Assembly (NCBI GenBank): GCA_044226625.1 | Contig: JBGAGQ010000113.1 | Location: 1 to 12,382 of the forward strand | Source: Thermoanaerobaculia bacterium | Lineage (GTDB): Bacteria > Acidobacteriota > Thermoanaerobaculia > Multivoradales > UBA5704 | Length of the DNA: 12,382 bases | Reading direction: 5' to 3' | Shown: positions 1-8,032 of the stretch, in pieces | How positions within the stretch are numbered: position 1 is the first letter of the stretch | Layout of the letters: each line of letters opens with the position of its first letter | Position numbers and translations under genes: made by a program | Notes under the pieces: generated by a model | Seen by the model: only the letters and a program-made list of their open reading frames with translations | What the model was told of the DNA's origin: nothing | The model's database searches: none

Positions 1-83
1 ATGCCGGACTTCTCGATCTTCCGCTTGAACCGGCGGAGGGCATTCTCGAAGCTCTCTTCCTCACGTACGTGCACGACGGGCAT
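1..83 (-). CDS. rpsU: 30S ribosomal protein S21, 5' part (runs off the window edge)
   Basis: Reverse complement from ATG at 83 reads MPVVHVREEESFENALRRFKRKIEKSG, matching the S21 N-terminal pattern (V..ES.E.ALRRFKR..EK.G). A GAGGTG Shine-Dalgarno lies 7 nt upstream. Not in the supplied ORF track. Confidence 0.96.
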   Translation of the reverse strand, partial: MPVVHVREEESFENALRRFKRKIEKSG

Positions 84-165
84 CCGAAATCACCTCTCTT
101 CTGGCGCAACCCGATGGGTCGGTCGGCGAACCACGGCCACACGGCCGCCCATGGCGCGAACGGTG

Positions 166-195
166 ATCATCTCAAGGGAGCCCCGGCGAGGTCAA
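166..195 (-). promoter_or_regulatory. Putative sigma70 promoter of rpsU
   Basis: Minus strand TTGACC (195-190), 18-nt spacer, GATGAT (171-166), preceded by an extended -10 TGn. Confidence 0.5.
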
Positions 196-208
196 GCCTC
201 GCCGGGGC
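180..208. repeat. Perfect 12-bp inverted repeat (hairpin or operator)
   Basis: GCCCCGGCGAGG-tcaag-CCTCGCCGGGGC. Confidence 0.75.
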
Positions 209-258
209 AGATTTCATGAGGGGTCCCGCCAGGTCAGGGACGCTACCGCGGGCCGACA

Positions 259-286
259 GGCGACCGAGATTCGAATCTCGGCCGCC
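259..286 (-). terminator. Probable terminator or 3' stabilising hairpin of the CotH-kinase gene
   Basis: The 18-bp palindrome CCGAGATTCGAATCTCGG (264-281) extends to 259-286. The single mismatch is a G-U pair only in minus-strand RNA. It lies 37 nt after the stop at 324 and has no U-tract. Confidence 0.5.
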
Positions 287-323
287 CGCCAGTTTCGAAT
301 GGAGCGCGGGCCCCTCAACGCCT

Positions 324-3116
324 TTAGTGGAAGATCCAACCCGGCGTGTTGTACGCGGGATAGAACCAGTTCTCGGCGAGGCCGTTGTGCTCGCTGGTCG
401 GCCATCCGCCCGAAAGAGGCATGAATTGCAGCGAGTCTCCCGCGGCGGGCTGGATTTCCCACGGGGCTGTCGACGCGTAGTCCACGATCTGCATCGGATT
501 ACCGCCGAAATCGGTCAGCGCCACACTGTCGTCCTCATTCAGGCCGAAGGTTCCCCAGTCGATGCAGCTCGGGTTCACCCACGGCGGTCCGCCGACGTTC
601 TCCGCGAACTTCGTGGCGTCGCGGCAGAGGATGAGAAAGCCGAACGGTCCGATCGAGGTTCCCCAGGGAATCATGAACGAGTTGCCGTCCGAATCCTCGA
701 AGGTGGCTCCGCTCAAATCGATGGACTGCGCCGTGTTGTTGAACAGCTCCACCCAATCCTCGGTGTCCTCGGCAGGCGAGGAGTTGTGGTGGATCTCCGA
801 GAACAAGATCTGCGTGTACTGGGGCGGAGGCAGGAAGTTGGCGACGATGGTCTCCGCCGAGGCGTTTGTGACCCGGCTGTAGACGCTGTCGTTCGAAAGG
901 AGGTTCGCCGGAGCGACGCTCCCCAAATACCACCCCTCGAACGTGTATCCCGCGGCGGGCGTCGCCGAGAGCTCGAGCGGGGTGTTGGTGAAGAAAGTCC
1001 CCACGAACGGGAATCCCGGAACCGGAACTCGCTGAGCCCGGACCTCGCCCACTCCCTCCCGTTCGAAGGTCAAGGCGAACGTGCCGGGCGCCGAGAAGTA
1101 GTTGGAACCGAGGAGTCCGCTCAAAGCCACCTGAGGCCGCCCGGTGTAATAGTCCCGCAGGGATTGGAGGGCGCCCTCCCAGGCCGCGAGGCTCTGGATC
1201 CCGCCGGCCGACTTCCATCTGCCGATGTGGTACCGGGGATCCGACTCGTCCGCGGGGTTGGCCATTTCAGATGCGATCTCGGCCGCCATGCTGTTGACGA
1301 CACCCACCGCCACGCCGGGCCTGAACGTGATGCTCGCCCGCGCCGCGACGTGTTGACCGAAATCGTCCAACGCCTCGGGACTGGCCATCACGGACGCGAA
1401 GAAGGGATTCGTCGGGTAGGTGAGGTGCAACGTTCCGGAGCCAAAGCAGCTATCGAGGTCCCAAAGAACCCAGCGGTACGATCCGCCTCCCGGCTGCCAG
1501 AGGGCCATGTTGTTGCCGGGCCAGTCTCCATTGTCGAGATAGCGCTCCGCCGCGTGATAGGAGATGAATTCGTTGTAATCGACACCCGAAGCGCCCGAGT
1601 GCAGGTAATCCCATCGACTCGCCGGCGGTACGGCCGCAACACCCTGCTCGACCGACTGAAACGTGGGGCTGCCGTTGGACGAGCTGTCGTCGTTCGGTTT
1701 GTAGAAATTGACTCCGTCGGCGTCGATTCCGTAGTTCGATTCGACGAAATGATGGTTGACCTTCTCTCGCAGCTGATGGATGCCGTAGTAGCCGCAGTTG
1801 AGGTACACCACGACCGGCTGGTACCCCTGGTAATCGACCGCGATATCGGCCGGGTCGCCCGACATCAAAAGGTGCGCAGAGGGTTCGCGAACGAGGGTCT
1901 TCGACCAGTCATTGCTCGAGGCATCGGCTCCGCCGTTCCGCAGGAGGAGCGATTTGAATTTATCCACTCCCAGTTTGGTAGCGAAGAAGGGATACTCGAA
2001 CCGATCCGCCCCGTAGCTGTCGCGCGCGATCAGCTCCAGCGGCCTTTGGGGCAACTGCGAGCTCGCGCCGCTCGCGTTGACCTGGATGCCCGCGTCCTGT
2101 GATAGGACAGGGGAACCGGCCACCAGGTACTTCACGTTCACCGGCCACTCGGTTTCGTTGGTTGAAGCGTAGAGCGCCGTGATGTCGGCCGGCGCGCCGG
2201 TGATCAGAAAGACCGGCAGCTGATGCACGCGCCCATTGTTGAGGTAGGTCTCCGAGACCACGCGACTCCGAATGTAGTCCGGCTTCTTCGCGAGGGCACG
2301 AATCTGGATGCATCCGGTGATTCCGAAGACGTATTGCTCGAAGGCGGTCGGCGAGCTGCCCATCGCCGGGGCTGAGCCGTCGAGCGAGTAATGCAACGTC
2401 GCCTGCGGCACGGCTTGGACCACGCCGTTCCCGCTTGCCGCCATTCCGGAAGCCGGAGTGATAGTCGGATCGGGCGTATACCCGGCGTAGTTGAAGGGGA
2501 AGACGCTGTTGTTCGTTCCCGCGGTCGGTCCGAAAGCGGCGCCGAGCGGCTTGTCGAAATGATCGAAGTAGCGGCGGTTGCCGCAGTTGCCGTCGGGAAT
2601 CAAGCCGTAGCTATCATCGAGGCGTAGGTCGGCGGGCAGGACGAGCGAATGGATGGGCGCCGTACCCGAGCTGAAGATCGACAGCGTTTCGCCGGCCGAG
2701 AGTTTGAAATTGGCGTGCAGCTCGAGCCCTCCTGGCCCGGAAACGACCTGGTTTTTCCCCGAGGCGAAAATCAGCTGCGTCCCGCCGGCCGGAAGTAAGA
2801 GGCTGATGAAGCTCGCCGGGCTCCAGAAGCTCGTGCCGTCCGAGAAGCTGTATTGCGAGAGATTGATCGCGGCGTTCGAGATGTTTCGGACCTCGAACCA
2901 GTCCGTGGGATCCCCATCGATGTCGAGCACCGTGGGCACGCCCGCTTCGTGCTCGACCATCGCTTCGTTGATCACCAACGGCGCCCCGTTACAGGGGGTT
3001 CGCGGCGGTCCTTCTTTCGGGGTCGTATCGAGTTGCGCCGAAGAAACTGTCGCCCAGCCGAAGAATAGAGCTCCCCAAAATGCACACGTCTTTCGAGGTA
3101 CGGCAGACCGAACCAT
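324..3116 (-). CDS. Secreted CotH-kinase family protein, ~930 aa: signal peptide, lamin tail domain, Fn3-associated/CHB_HEX_C-like domain, CotH kinase, InlB-B-like beta repeat, second lamin tail domain
   Basis: ATG at 3116 has GGAGGG 6 nt upstream, so it is preferred over TTG at 3131. Signal peptide ends ...VSSA|Q. LTD motifs: LVINE..DWFEVRN..INLSQY..NFKLS.GE and ILFSEI..DWVELFN..IDLSG..TPG. Fn3-associated motif: LHYSLDGSAP..IRALA. CotH motifs: LLLRNGG, VYLNCGYYGIHQLREK, NGDWPGNN, RWVLWDLD. Repeat motif: LSATPAAGYTFEGW. Confidence 0.88.
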   Translation of the reverse strand: MVRSAVPRKTCAFWGALFFGWATVSSAQLDTTPKEGPPRTPCNGAPLVINEAMVEHEAGVPTVLDIDGDPTDWFEVRNISNAAINLSQYSFSDGTSFWSPASFISLLLPAGGTQLIFASGKNQVVSGPGGLELHANFKLSAGETLSIFSSGTAPIHSLVLPADLRLDDSYGLIPDGNCGNRRYFDHFDKPLGAAFGPTAGTNNSVFPFNYAGYTPDPTITPASGMAASGNGVVQAVPQATLHYSLDGSAPAMGSSPTAFEQYVFGITGCIQIRALAKKPDYIRSRVVSETYLNNGRVHQLPVFLITGAPADITALYASTNETEWPVNVKYLVAGSPVLSQDAGIQVNASGASSQLPQRPLELIARDSYGADRFEYPFFATKLGVDKFKSLLLRNGGADASSNDWSKTLVREPSAHLLMSGDPADIAVDYQGYQPVVVYLNCGYYGIHQLREKVNHHFVESNYGIDADGVNFYKPNDDSSSNGSPTFQSVEQGVAAVPPASRWDYLHSGASGVDYNEFISYHAAERYLDNGDWPGNNMALWQPGGGSYRWVLWDLDSCFGSGTLHLTYPTNPFFASVMASPEALDDFGQHVAARASITFRPGVAVGVVNSMAAEIASEMANPADESDPRYHIGRWKSAGGIQSLAAWEGALQSLRDYYTGRPQVALSGLLGSNYFSAPGTFALTFEREGVGEVRAQRVPVPGFPFVGTFFTNTPLELSATPAAGYTFEGWYLGSVAPANLLSNDSVYSRVTNASAETIVANFLPPPQYTQILFSEIHHNSSPAEDTEDWVELFNNTAQSIDLSGATFEDSDGNSFMIPWGTSIGPFGFLILCRDATKFAENVGGPPWVNPSCIDWGTFGLNEDDSVALTDFGGNPMQIVDYASTAPWEIQPAAGDSLQFMPLSGGWPTSEHNGLAENWFYPAYNTPGWIFH

Positions 3117-3201
3117 TGAGCACCCTCCCAAGGAAATGGCTTCGCAGAATCATGAAACCAGAGAATGCCCGGATGCTACCGAATTGATTTGCACTTGGGG
3201 A

Positions 3202-3215
3202 GCCCGTCGACGGGC
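3202..3215. repeat. 14-bp perfect palindrome just after the ydcV stop (possible weak terminator hairpin)
   Basis: GCCCGTCGACGGGC, 3 nt downstream of the TAG at 3221-3219 on the minus strand. Confidence 0.4.
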
Positions 3216-3218
3216 AGT

Positions 3219-4046
3219 CTAGCGATTGTCCCGGTCTCTTCCGCCTCCCGACATTCGGTGCGCCAGGAGGATCGGGATCGTCGTCACGGCGATCACGAAA
3301 AGCGCGGTCACGTTGGTCACCGGCCGGTCGCGCGGGCGGGTGAGTTGGTCGAGGATCCAGATCGGCAGGGTTCGCTGCTGGCCCGCGGTGAACGTCGTGA
3401 CGATCACCTCGTCGAACGAAAGAGAAAAGGCCAGCATCCCGCCAGCGAGCAGCGCGGTCGCGAGGCCCGGAAGGACGATGCGGCGGAAGGTCTGGAAGGT
3501 GTCGGCCCCGAGGTCCATCGAGGCCTCGATCTGCGAGCGGCCGGTGCGTCGCAGGCGGGCCGCGACGTTGTTGTAGACGGTGACGATGCAGAACGTCCCG
3601 TGCCCCGCGACGATCGTCCAGAAGCTGAACGGCAGGCCGGTGAGCGCGAGCCCTGAACGCAACGCGATGCCCGTGACAATGCCGGGAAGCGCGATCGGAA
3701 GGATCACCAATAAGGTGACGAGCTCGCGTCCCGCGAAGCGTCCTCGGACCACGGCCAGGGCGGCGAGGGTGCCGAGCACCACGGCCACCGCGGTCGAGAC
3801 GGCCGCCACCCGCAACGACAGCGAGAAGGCCTGCCAGAGATCGGCGCGCGCCCAGGCTTCACCGAACCAGCGGAGGGTGAGGCCCGGGGGAGGGAAGGTA
3901 AGCGTCGCCTCGTCAGTCGTGAAGGCGTAGAGGAAGACCACCAGGAGGGGCAAGTGAAGGAACAGGATCGCGGCGAGCGCCGCGAGCTTCAGACCCCAGG
4001 GCGCCGGCTCTCCCTCGGCCTTTCGGGCGCGCCGGTCAGAGGGCAT
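3219..4046 (-). CDS. ydcV: Polyamine ABC transporter permease (PotC/YdcV family)
   Basis: Multiple TM helices, [27 protein letters not shown] loop [22 protein letters not shown]. Overlaps the ydcU stop by 11 nt. Confidence 0.9.
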   Translation of the reverse strand: MPSDRRARKAEGEPAPWGLKLAALAAILFLHLPLLVVFLYAFTTDEATLTFPPPGLTLRWFGEAWARADLWQAFSLSLRVAAVSTAVAVVLGTLAALAVVRGRFAGRELVTLLVILPIALPGIVTGIALRSGLALTGLPFSFWTIVAGHGTFCIVTVYNNVAARLRRTGRSQIEASMDLGADTFQTFRRIVLPGLATALLAGGMLAFSLSFDEVIVTTFTAGQQRTLPIWILDQLTRPRDRPVTNVTALFVIAVTTIPILLAHRMSGGGRDRDNR

Positions 4047-4941
4047 CGAACGCTCCCAGCCGCCGCGCCCAGGCGAGGTAGGCGGCCATGATCAGCATCG
4101 GCACGACGGTCATCGCGGCGGCGAGCGGTACGTTGCCCGCCGTTCCTTGATGGCGAAGCACCGCCTGGCCAATGAACAGGCTCGAATCGCCGATCGTGCC
4201 CGGGATGATGAAATCGCCGAGGGTGAGCGAAAAAGTGAAGATCGAGCCCGCGATCACGCCGGGAAGGGCGAGCGGCACCGTCACCTTACGGAAGGTACGC
4301 CCCGGCGGCGCGCCGAGGTCGGCGGATGCTTCGAGCAATGATCTCGGCACCCGCTCGAGCGCGGCCTGAATCGGCAGGATCATGTAGGGCAGCCAGATGT
4401 AAAGGAAAACCAGGAAACGGCCGAGGGTCGAAAACGAAAGTGACGGGCCGCCGATCCCCGGGATCGCCAAGACTCCGTCGAGCACGCGGCTGAGACCGGC
4501 CGCCGAAAAGAACCAGGAAACGATCCCCTCTTTGGCGAGGATCAGCTTCCACGAATAGACCCGCACGATGTAGCTCGACCAGAGCGGCAGGATCACGCCC
4601 AGATAGAGAAACATTTTCCATCGGCCCCGCGCGTAGCGCGCCATGTAATAGGCGAGCGGGAAGGCGAGAAGCGCGGCGGCGAGCGTGACCGCGGCGGCCA
4701 TCGCGGTCGTCCGTTTGAAGATGTCCAGGTTGGCCGGCGAGAAGAGCTGACCATACGTGGTGAGGGAAAAGCTCCGCACCACCTGCCCGGTGAATTCGTC
4801 GACGTGGAAGAAGCTCTGAACGAGAAGGGCCGCGAGCGATCCGAGGTAGACGACGCCCAGCCAGAGCATCGGCGGGCCGAGCAGCAGGCCAAGCGCCCAA
4901 CGGGGATGCCGAAACAGGAAATTGGCGGCGCGGCGGAGCAT
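4036..4941 (-). CDS. ydcU: Polyamine ABC transporter permease (PotB/YdcU family), ~301 aa
   Basis: [37 protein letters not shown] loop [22 protein letters not shown] at 4941 (13 nt after the ydcT stop) is preferred over TTG at 5046, which lies inside ydcT. Confidence 0.9.
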   Translation of the reverse strand: MLRRAANFLFRHPRWALGLLLGPPMLWLGVVYLGSLAALLVQSFFHVDEFTGQVVRSFSLTTYGQLFSPANLDIFKRTTAMAAAVTLAAALLAFPLAYYMARYARGRWKMFLYLGVILPLWSSYIVRVYSWKLILAKEGIVSWFFSAAGLSRVLDGVLAIPGIGGPSLSFSTLGRFLVFLYIWLPYMILPIQAALERVPRSLLEASADLGAPPGRTFRKVTVPLALPGVIAGSIFTFSLTLGDFIIPGTIGDSSLFIGQAVLRHQGTAGNVPLAAAMTVVPMLIMAAYLAWARRLGAFDAL

Positions 4942-4954
4942 GATCTCTACCGGA

Positions 4955-5980
4955 TCACCCCACCAGCGCGCGGACGGCGGAGAGTTCCCAGGTGAGCCGG
5001 ACCCGCCGCCCTCGGGCGCTCGCGGCGTCCGCGGCGTCCGCCGCAAAGTTTTGCGCTACCACCGCGAGCTCCCCTCCTTCGTCCAGGTCGACGGTATAGC
5101 GGGTGTGCATGCCGAGATAGACCGCTTCGCGAACGACGCCCGCGGCGGTCGGTCCGCTCGCCTGGAGATCGTCCGTCTCGAGTAGGCGAATCCGTTCGGG
5201 TCGGATCGCCGCTGGGCCGTCCGCTCCGGTGAGCCTCCTCGCCAAGTCCCCGACCAGGAGGTTCGTCGTGCCGACGAACCCGGCGACGAACACCGTGCGC
5301 GGCCGCTCGTACACCTCGGCCGGCGTGCCCACCTGCTCGATCCGCCCTTGGTTGAAGACCGCCAGCCGGTCGGACATCGCGAGCGCCTCCTCTTGGTCGT
5401 GGGTGACGAAGAGGAAGGTAATCCCGACCTGACGCTGGATGCTCTTGAGCTCCGTCTGCATCTGTTGCCGCAGCTTCAGGTCGAGCGCGCCGAGCGGCTC
5501 GTCGAGCAGTAGCACGCGCGGCCGGTTGATCAGGGCGCGGGCGAGAGCCACGCGCTGGCGTTGGCCACCCGAGAGCTGAATCGGTTTACGCGCGCCATAC
5601 CCCGGCAGGCGGACGAGGTCGAGCGCCTCCTCAACCCTCCGCTCGATCTCCGGCTTCGGCACCTTCTTGATCGAAAGGCCGTAGCCGACATTTTGAGCGA
5701 CGGAGAGATGGGGAAAGAGCGCGTAGTCCTGAAAGACCGTGTTGACGTCCCGCTCGTAGGGGGGGAGATCGGTGACGTCTCGCCCGTGCAGCTCGATATG
5801 GCCCGCGGTCGGCCGCTCGAATCCGGCGAGCATCCGGAGGCAGGTCGTCTTGCCCGACCCCGAGGGGCCGAGCATGGCGAAGAACTCGCCGTCGGCGATC
5901 TCCAGAGACACGCCGTCCACCGCGCGCACCTCGCCGAAATGACGCGAGACGTCGACGAAGCGGACAGCGGGCGCGCTCAT
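4955..5980 (-). CDS. ydcT: Polyamine ABC transporter ATP-binding protein (PotA/YdcT family)
   Basis: Walker [19 protein letters not shown], signature LSGGQ, Walker B LLLDE, H-loop VTHD, and a C-terminal TOBE-like region. Confidence 0.93.
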   Translation of the reverse strand: MSAPAVRFVDVSRHFGEVRAVDGVSLEIADGEFFAMLGPSGSGKTTCLRMLAGFERPTAGHIELHGRDVTDLPPYERDVNTVFQDYALFPHLSVAQNVGYGLSIKKVPKPEIERRVEEALDLVRLPGYGARKPIQLSGGQRQRVALARALINRPRVLLLDEPLGALDLKLRQQMQTELKSIQRQVGITFLFVTHDQEEALAMSDRLAVFNQGRIEQVGTPAEVYERPRTVFVAGFVGTTNLLVGDLARRLTGADGPAAIRPERIRLLETDDLQASGPTAAGVVREAVYLGMHTRYTVDLDEGGELAVVAQNFAADAADAASARGRRVRLTWELSAVRALVG

Positions 5981-6014
5981 CCCTGGCTCGTCATCCCTCG
6001 AACGCGGGTGTTGC

Positions 6015-7229
6015 CTACCGTCCGCCCATCACCGCGATGTAATCGGTCGTCCAACGGTAATAAGGAACGCAGTTCTTCGTGCCGTCGCCGCAGTCGGAGG
6101 TCGGCGTCCGCCAGAACGCGATCTTGTCGAAGTTGTCGAAGCCGTTCGTCGCGCAGCCGGTGTCGCCCAGCAAAGCGTTGCCTTTGCACGCCGCCGGAAC
6201 CGCGGGAACCGAGCCGAACCAGGCGGCGACGTCCCCCTGCACCTTCGGCGACAGCGAGTGCTCCAACCACTTATAGGCACAGTTCGGATGCTGCGAATCG
6301 GCGTGGAGCATGGTGGTATCGGCCCAACCGGTGGCCCCTTCCTTCGGGAAGACGCTTGCGACCGGCTGATTGTCCGCCTTGAGTAGGTTCACCTGGAACG
6401 GCCAGGAACCCGAGGCGACCACCCCTTCGTTCTTGAAGTCGTCGACCTGAACGTTGGCGTCGTGCCAGTACTTTCCGATCAGCGGCCGCTGCCGGCGCAA
6501 CAGGGCGAGAACGGCTTTGTACTGATCCTCGGTGAGCGCGTACGGATCCTGGATGCCCAAGGCGGGCTGGGTTGCCTTGAGGTAGAGCGCGGCGTCCGCG
6601 ATGTAGATCGCGCCGTCGTAGGCCTGGACCCGACCCTTGTTCGATTTCCCGTCGGGCAGGTTCATCTCGTCGAACACGACATTCCAGCTGTCCGGCGCCT
6701 TCGCCCCGAACACCTTGGTGTTGTACATCAGCACGTTCGGTCCCCACTGGTAGGGGACGCCGTAGTGCTTGTCGCCCACCGTGTGCCAGGGCGCGTTCTG
6801 GAGTCGCGGATCGACCGACGACCAGCTGGGGATGAGAGCCGTGTTGATCGCCTGGATCTTCCCCCCTGCGACCAGGCGGAGCGACGCGTCGCCCGAGGCG
6901 GTCACCAGGTCGAAGCCTCCGTCATTCATCAGGGCAACCATCTCGTCGGACGTGGCCGCGGTCTTCACGGTCACCTTGCAGCCCGTCTCCTTTTCGAAAC
7001 CGGTCACCCAGTCGTAACCCTTGTCCGTCGAGCCGTTCTCGATATACCCGGCCCAGGCGACGATCGAAACCTCCCCCTCGCCGGGGCCCACGGCGGTCAT
7101 GGCCGCGCCCAAGGCGGCCGGCGTTTCGGCCTCGGGTGCCTTCGGCGCGCAGGCGAGCGTGAGGGAGAGGGTGGCGCCGCACGAAACGGCGAGAATCGGC
7201 TGCAACCACGGCGAGCGTCGGCGGATCAT
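6015..7229 (-). CDS. ydcS: Polyamine ABC transporter substrate-binding lipoprotein (YdcS-like, PotD/PotF superfamily)
   Basis: AGGAGG RBS and lipobox LAC (Cys27). Long stretches match E. coli YdcS as I recall it: [74 protein letters not shown]-terminal DYIA.MGGR. Confidence 0.92.
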   Translation of the reverse strand: MIRRRSPWLQPILAVSCGATLSLTLACAPKAPEAETPAALGAAMTAVGPGEGEVSIVAWAGYIENGSTDKGYDWVTGFEKETGCKVTVKTAATSDEMVALMNDGGFDLVTASGDASLRLVAGGKIQAINTALIPSWSSVDPRLQNAPWHTVGDKHYGVPYQWGPNVLMYNTKVFGAKAPDSWNVVFDEMNLPDGKSNKGRVQAYDGAIYIADAALYLKATQPALGIQDPYALTEDQYKAVLALLRRQRPLIGKYWHDANVQVDDFKNEGVVASGSWPFQVNLLKADNQPVASVFPKEGATGWADTTMLHADSQHPNCAYKWLEHSLSPKVQGDVAAWFGSVPAVPAACKGNALLGDTGCATNGFDNFDKIAFWRTPTSDCGDGTKNCVPYYRWTTDYIAVMGGR

Positions 7230-7293
7230 GATCGGCTCCTCCTGGGAAACCGGACAGCCGGTTTCGAAAAAACACGGGATGTACGGCCGGAAG

Positions 7294-7321
7294 AGTATGA
7301 CCGGGCGGAAGGCTTTCGCAA
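7294..7321 (-). promoter_or_regulatory. Putative sigma70 promoter of the ydcSTUV operon
   Basis: Minus strand TTGCGA (7321-7316), 16-nt spacer, CATACT (7299-7294). Confidence 0.4.
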
Positions 7322-7327
7322 GGCGCC

Positions 7328-7357
7328 GGTTTCCTCGGCGGCGCCCACCGTGTCTAA
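7328..7357 (+). promoter_or_regulatory. Candidate ECF-type (autoregulatory) promoter of the sigma/vWA operon
   Basis: GGTTTCC (7328-7334), 17-nt spacer, GTCTAA (7352-7357). GTCTAA resembles sigmaE/AlgU-type -10 boxes. ATG 7367 follows after a 9-nt gap with no properly spaced SD. Confidence 0.3.
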
Positions 7358-7366
7358 GCGGCTAGG

Positions 7367-8032
7367 ATGAGCCTCCAAGCGATAGCGATCCCGATCCGGA
7401 TTCCGATGATGACCCCCAGGGAGCAGAGCCCCGCCGCGATCGCGGCGCTCCCGCTCGATTCGTTCGAGGAGGAGCGTCGGCTGCTCGCCCAGTTCTCGCG
7501 CGGCGATCGCGCGGCGGCCGAACGGTTGGTCGCGGCGAGCTACCGCCAGGTGTACGCGTTCCTGGCGAAATTGTGCGGCGGAGACGCGGACCTCGCGGCC
7601 GATCTGACCCAGGACACCTACCGCAAGGCATGGGACGCGCTGCCGAAATTCGACGGTCGATCGCGCTTCGCGACGTGGGTCTGTCGAATCGCCTACACGA
7701 CGTTCCTGAACCACATCCGCCGCCCCCGGCGGATCGTCCCGATCGAAGACGAAGTGGCCGATCGGATCGCCGATCCCGAACCGAGCCCGGAGGACACGGC
7801 CGGCCTCGCGGTCTCGGGCGAACGGCTCCGCCACGCCGTGATGGCGCTGCCGGAGCCGCTCCGCGAAACGATCACCGCCCATTTCTGGGGAGGGACCGAA
7901 ATCCCCGAGATCGCTCGGGAGGAAGGGGTCACCGCCGTCGCGATCCGGAAGCGGATCAAGAAAGCGCTCTCCGTTCTAGCTCACGCCCTCGACAACACGC
8001 TCGGCTCGAAGATCGAGGAGGACGCGCGATGA
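7367..8032 (+). CDS. ECF-family RNA polymerase sigma factor
   Basis: Region 2: GDRAAAERLV..YRQVY..AADLTQDTY.KAW..FDGRSRFATWVCRIAY. Region 4: ALPEPLRE..EIAREEGVT..IRKRIKKA. No region 3. An alternative start is ATG 7406. Confidence 0.93.
   Translation: MSLQAIAIPIRIPMMTPREQSPAAIAALPLDSFEEERRLLAQFSRGDRAAAERLVAASYRQVYAFLAKLCGGDADLAADLTQDTYRKAWDALPKFDGRSRFATWVCRIAYTTFLNHIRRPRRIVPIEDEVADRIADPEPSPEDTAGLAVSGERLRHAVMALPEPLRETITAHFWGGTEIPEIAREEGVTAVAIRKRIKKALSVLAHALDNTLGSKIEEDAR

Noticed and set aside
1-219. 72-aa plus-strand ORF
   Set aside because: Antisense to rpsU and its leader. The minus-strand frame is clearly S21.
69-2102. 677-aa plus-strand ORF
   Set aside because: Antisense shadow of the CotH gene. 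It is Arg/Gly/Val-rich with no recognisable motifs, as expected in high-GC DNA.
4942-5046. TTG-start extension of ydcU
   Set aside because: It overlaps the 3' end of ydcT, and ATG 4941 gives a normal-length permease.
7200-7229. Twin-arginine (Tat) signal in YdcS (MIRRRSPWL); likewise MDNRRTPKL in the MFP
   Set aside because: Poor match to S/T-R-R-x-F-L-K. Ordinary basic n-regions of lipoprotein signals explain both.
7379-7411. Short CGAT-containing hexamer periodicity at the sigma 5' end, and a similar 9-nt GCCGAT periodicity at about 11095-11140
   Set aside because: Degenerate and explained by low-complexity peptides (AIAIPIRIP; IGTIGRIGALGSIG). Too imperfect for phase-variation repeats.
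7573-8028. 152-aa N-terminal extension of the vWA ORF (884-aa call)
   Set aside because: It overlaps the sigma gene out of frame and is low-complexity and Arg-rich. ATG 8029 has an RBS and an ATGA overlap. No slippery site suggesting a sigma-vWA frameshift fusion was seen.
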